Position numbers and translations under genes: made by a program. Positions 63,211 through 64,000 of a stretch of 64,000 bases of DNA are shown here, in pieces. A model generated the notes under the pieces. The model was not told the DNA's origin and did not search any database. It saw only the letters and a program-made list of their open reading frames with translations. The stretch is from Azolla caroliniana. Its lineage: Eukaryota; Plantae; Polypodiophyta. The number at the start of each line of letters is the position of its first letter. The stretch's first letter is position 1. The stretch spans positions 20,460,001 to 20,524,000 of the forward strand of contig JBHGNT010000002.1 in the NCBI GenBank assembly GCA_043228905.1. The letters run 5' to 3'.

Positions 63211-64000
63211 TGGGATATAAAGTTTCAAAATATAGAACGACTATTCCACTCGACATCGTCGGATCACTAATGCTGACTTTCTAGCAATATACCATCAAAG
63301 AAACTAGAACTGATATAATGAACCATTTGCAATTTTACATTACAAAAGAGTTTATACTTGCACATGCTTGGCTTAATCTTTGAGACAATCATATGACTAT
63401 TTGTAGGATCGATTAGGTAGCTATCCTTCCTTCTACATGCAACCCAAAACCCTTCATTATCCATGAAACCCAAAAGAGGGTCAAGTGCTTTGAATATGTT
63501 ACATTGCATCGTTAAATGACAATGCACGTTGTTTTGCATGGAGCAATCCGTGGCTAAGATGGAATGACGGAATGTTACAATTCAATCTCAAGGAGATGGC
63601 TCTTGTCGGGGCAAAGATCATGTGAGTTTTATCTAACATGCAAGAGTACAACACCCTTTGTAAAATATTGTAACACCATGTTTGGATATCTCCAATATGG
63701 AATTCTAACCAATAAACAAATACTCATGATTTCTCCATACATCAATCCATAAAAAGTTGAAGAATGAATGGGCATTGTATGTTTAATCCATGTCTCCATG
63801 TCTAGTCATAGTCTCATGAGAAGATAAATTCATTTCGAGAAACCCTTGAACTCCCTTGACAATAAACTCATGCACCACTTCTAAATTTTTGTTTGGAGGC
63901 GAGAGGTTAGTTCGAACAAAATAATGAAAAAGTGTGATTATAGACGATGACAAAATGACATGGTTGATCCCGACAAGTGACGTTCATTCATTGTTGAAAA

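Larger units (their letters stand above)
61890..64000 (-). repeat. Diverged tandem array of units up to about 560 bp, each headed by a tRNA-His-derived sequence
   Basis: A shared block (AGTCATAGTC..AAACTC.TTTCGAG..CCTTGAA..ATAAACTC..CACCACTT..TTGAACAA) occurs near 61932, 62204, 62769 and 63803. tRNA-like heads at 62085, 62583 and 63140. Confidence 0.75.

Noticed and set aside
63267-63752. Short ORFs between tRNA-His units
   Set aside because: No recognisable domain; may be decayed TE sequence.

Overview
Eukaryotic plant nuclear DNA. A non-seed vascular plant, probably a fern, is inferred from the PPR protein type and the retroelement families. From left to right: (1) 1-14.4 kb is a four-level retrotransposon nest. 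A degenerate Ty3/gypsy pol is split by a Ty1/copia element (450-bp LTRs, GTTGT TSD), which is split by a solo LTR (4-bp TSD), which is split by a near-complete GC-rich Ty3/gypsy element with a tRNA-Trp PBS. (2) 18-43 kb is a gene island: a JMJD7/JMJ32-like JmjC hydroxylase, a plastid-type tRNA-binding OB-fold protein, a PLS-E PPR protein, a RETICULATA-RELATED protein and a plasma-membrane H+-ATPase ending in YTV. (3) 44-64 kb holds hAT-type MITEs with 8-bp TSDs, LINE fragments, an older diverged relative of the GC-rich gypsy with its own insertions, a 5'-truncated L1-type LINE and a tandem array of tRNA-His-derived units. The strongest observations are a G_GAU_UUU-stop -1 frameshift site conserved between two diverged gypsy copies after the protease, tRNA-like Pol III modules inside an LTR, the tRNA-His-headed array, and a minisatellite of repeated 5' splice donors in the last H+-ATPase intron. 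All alignments and counts were done by eye; no searches were run.
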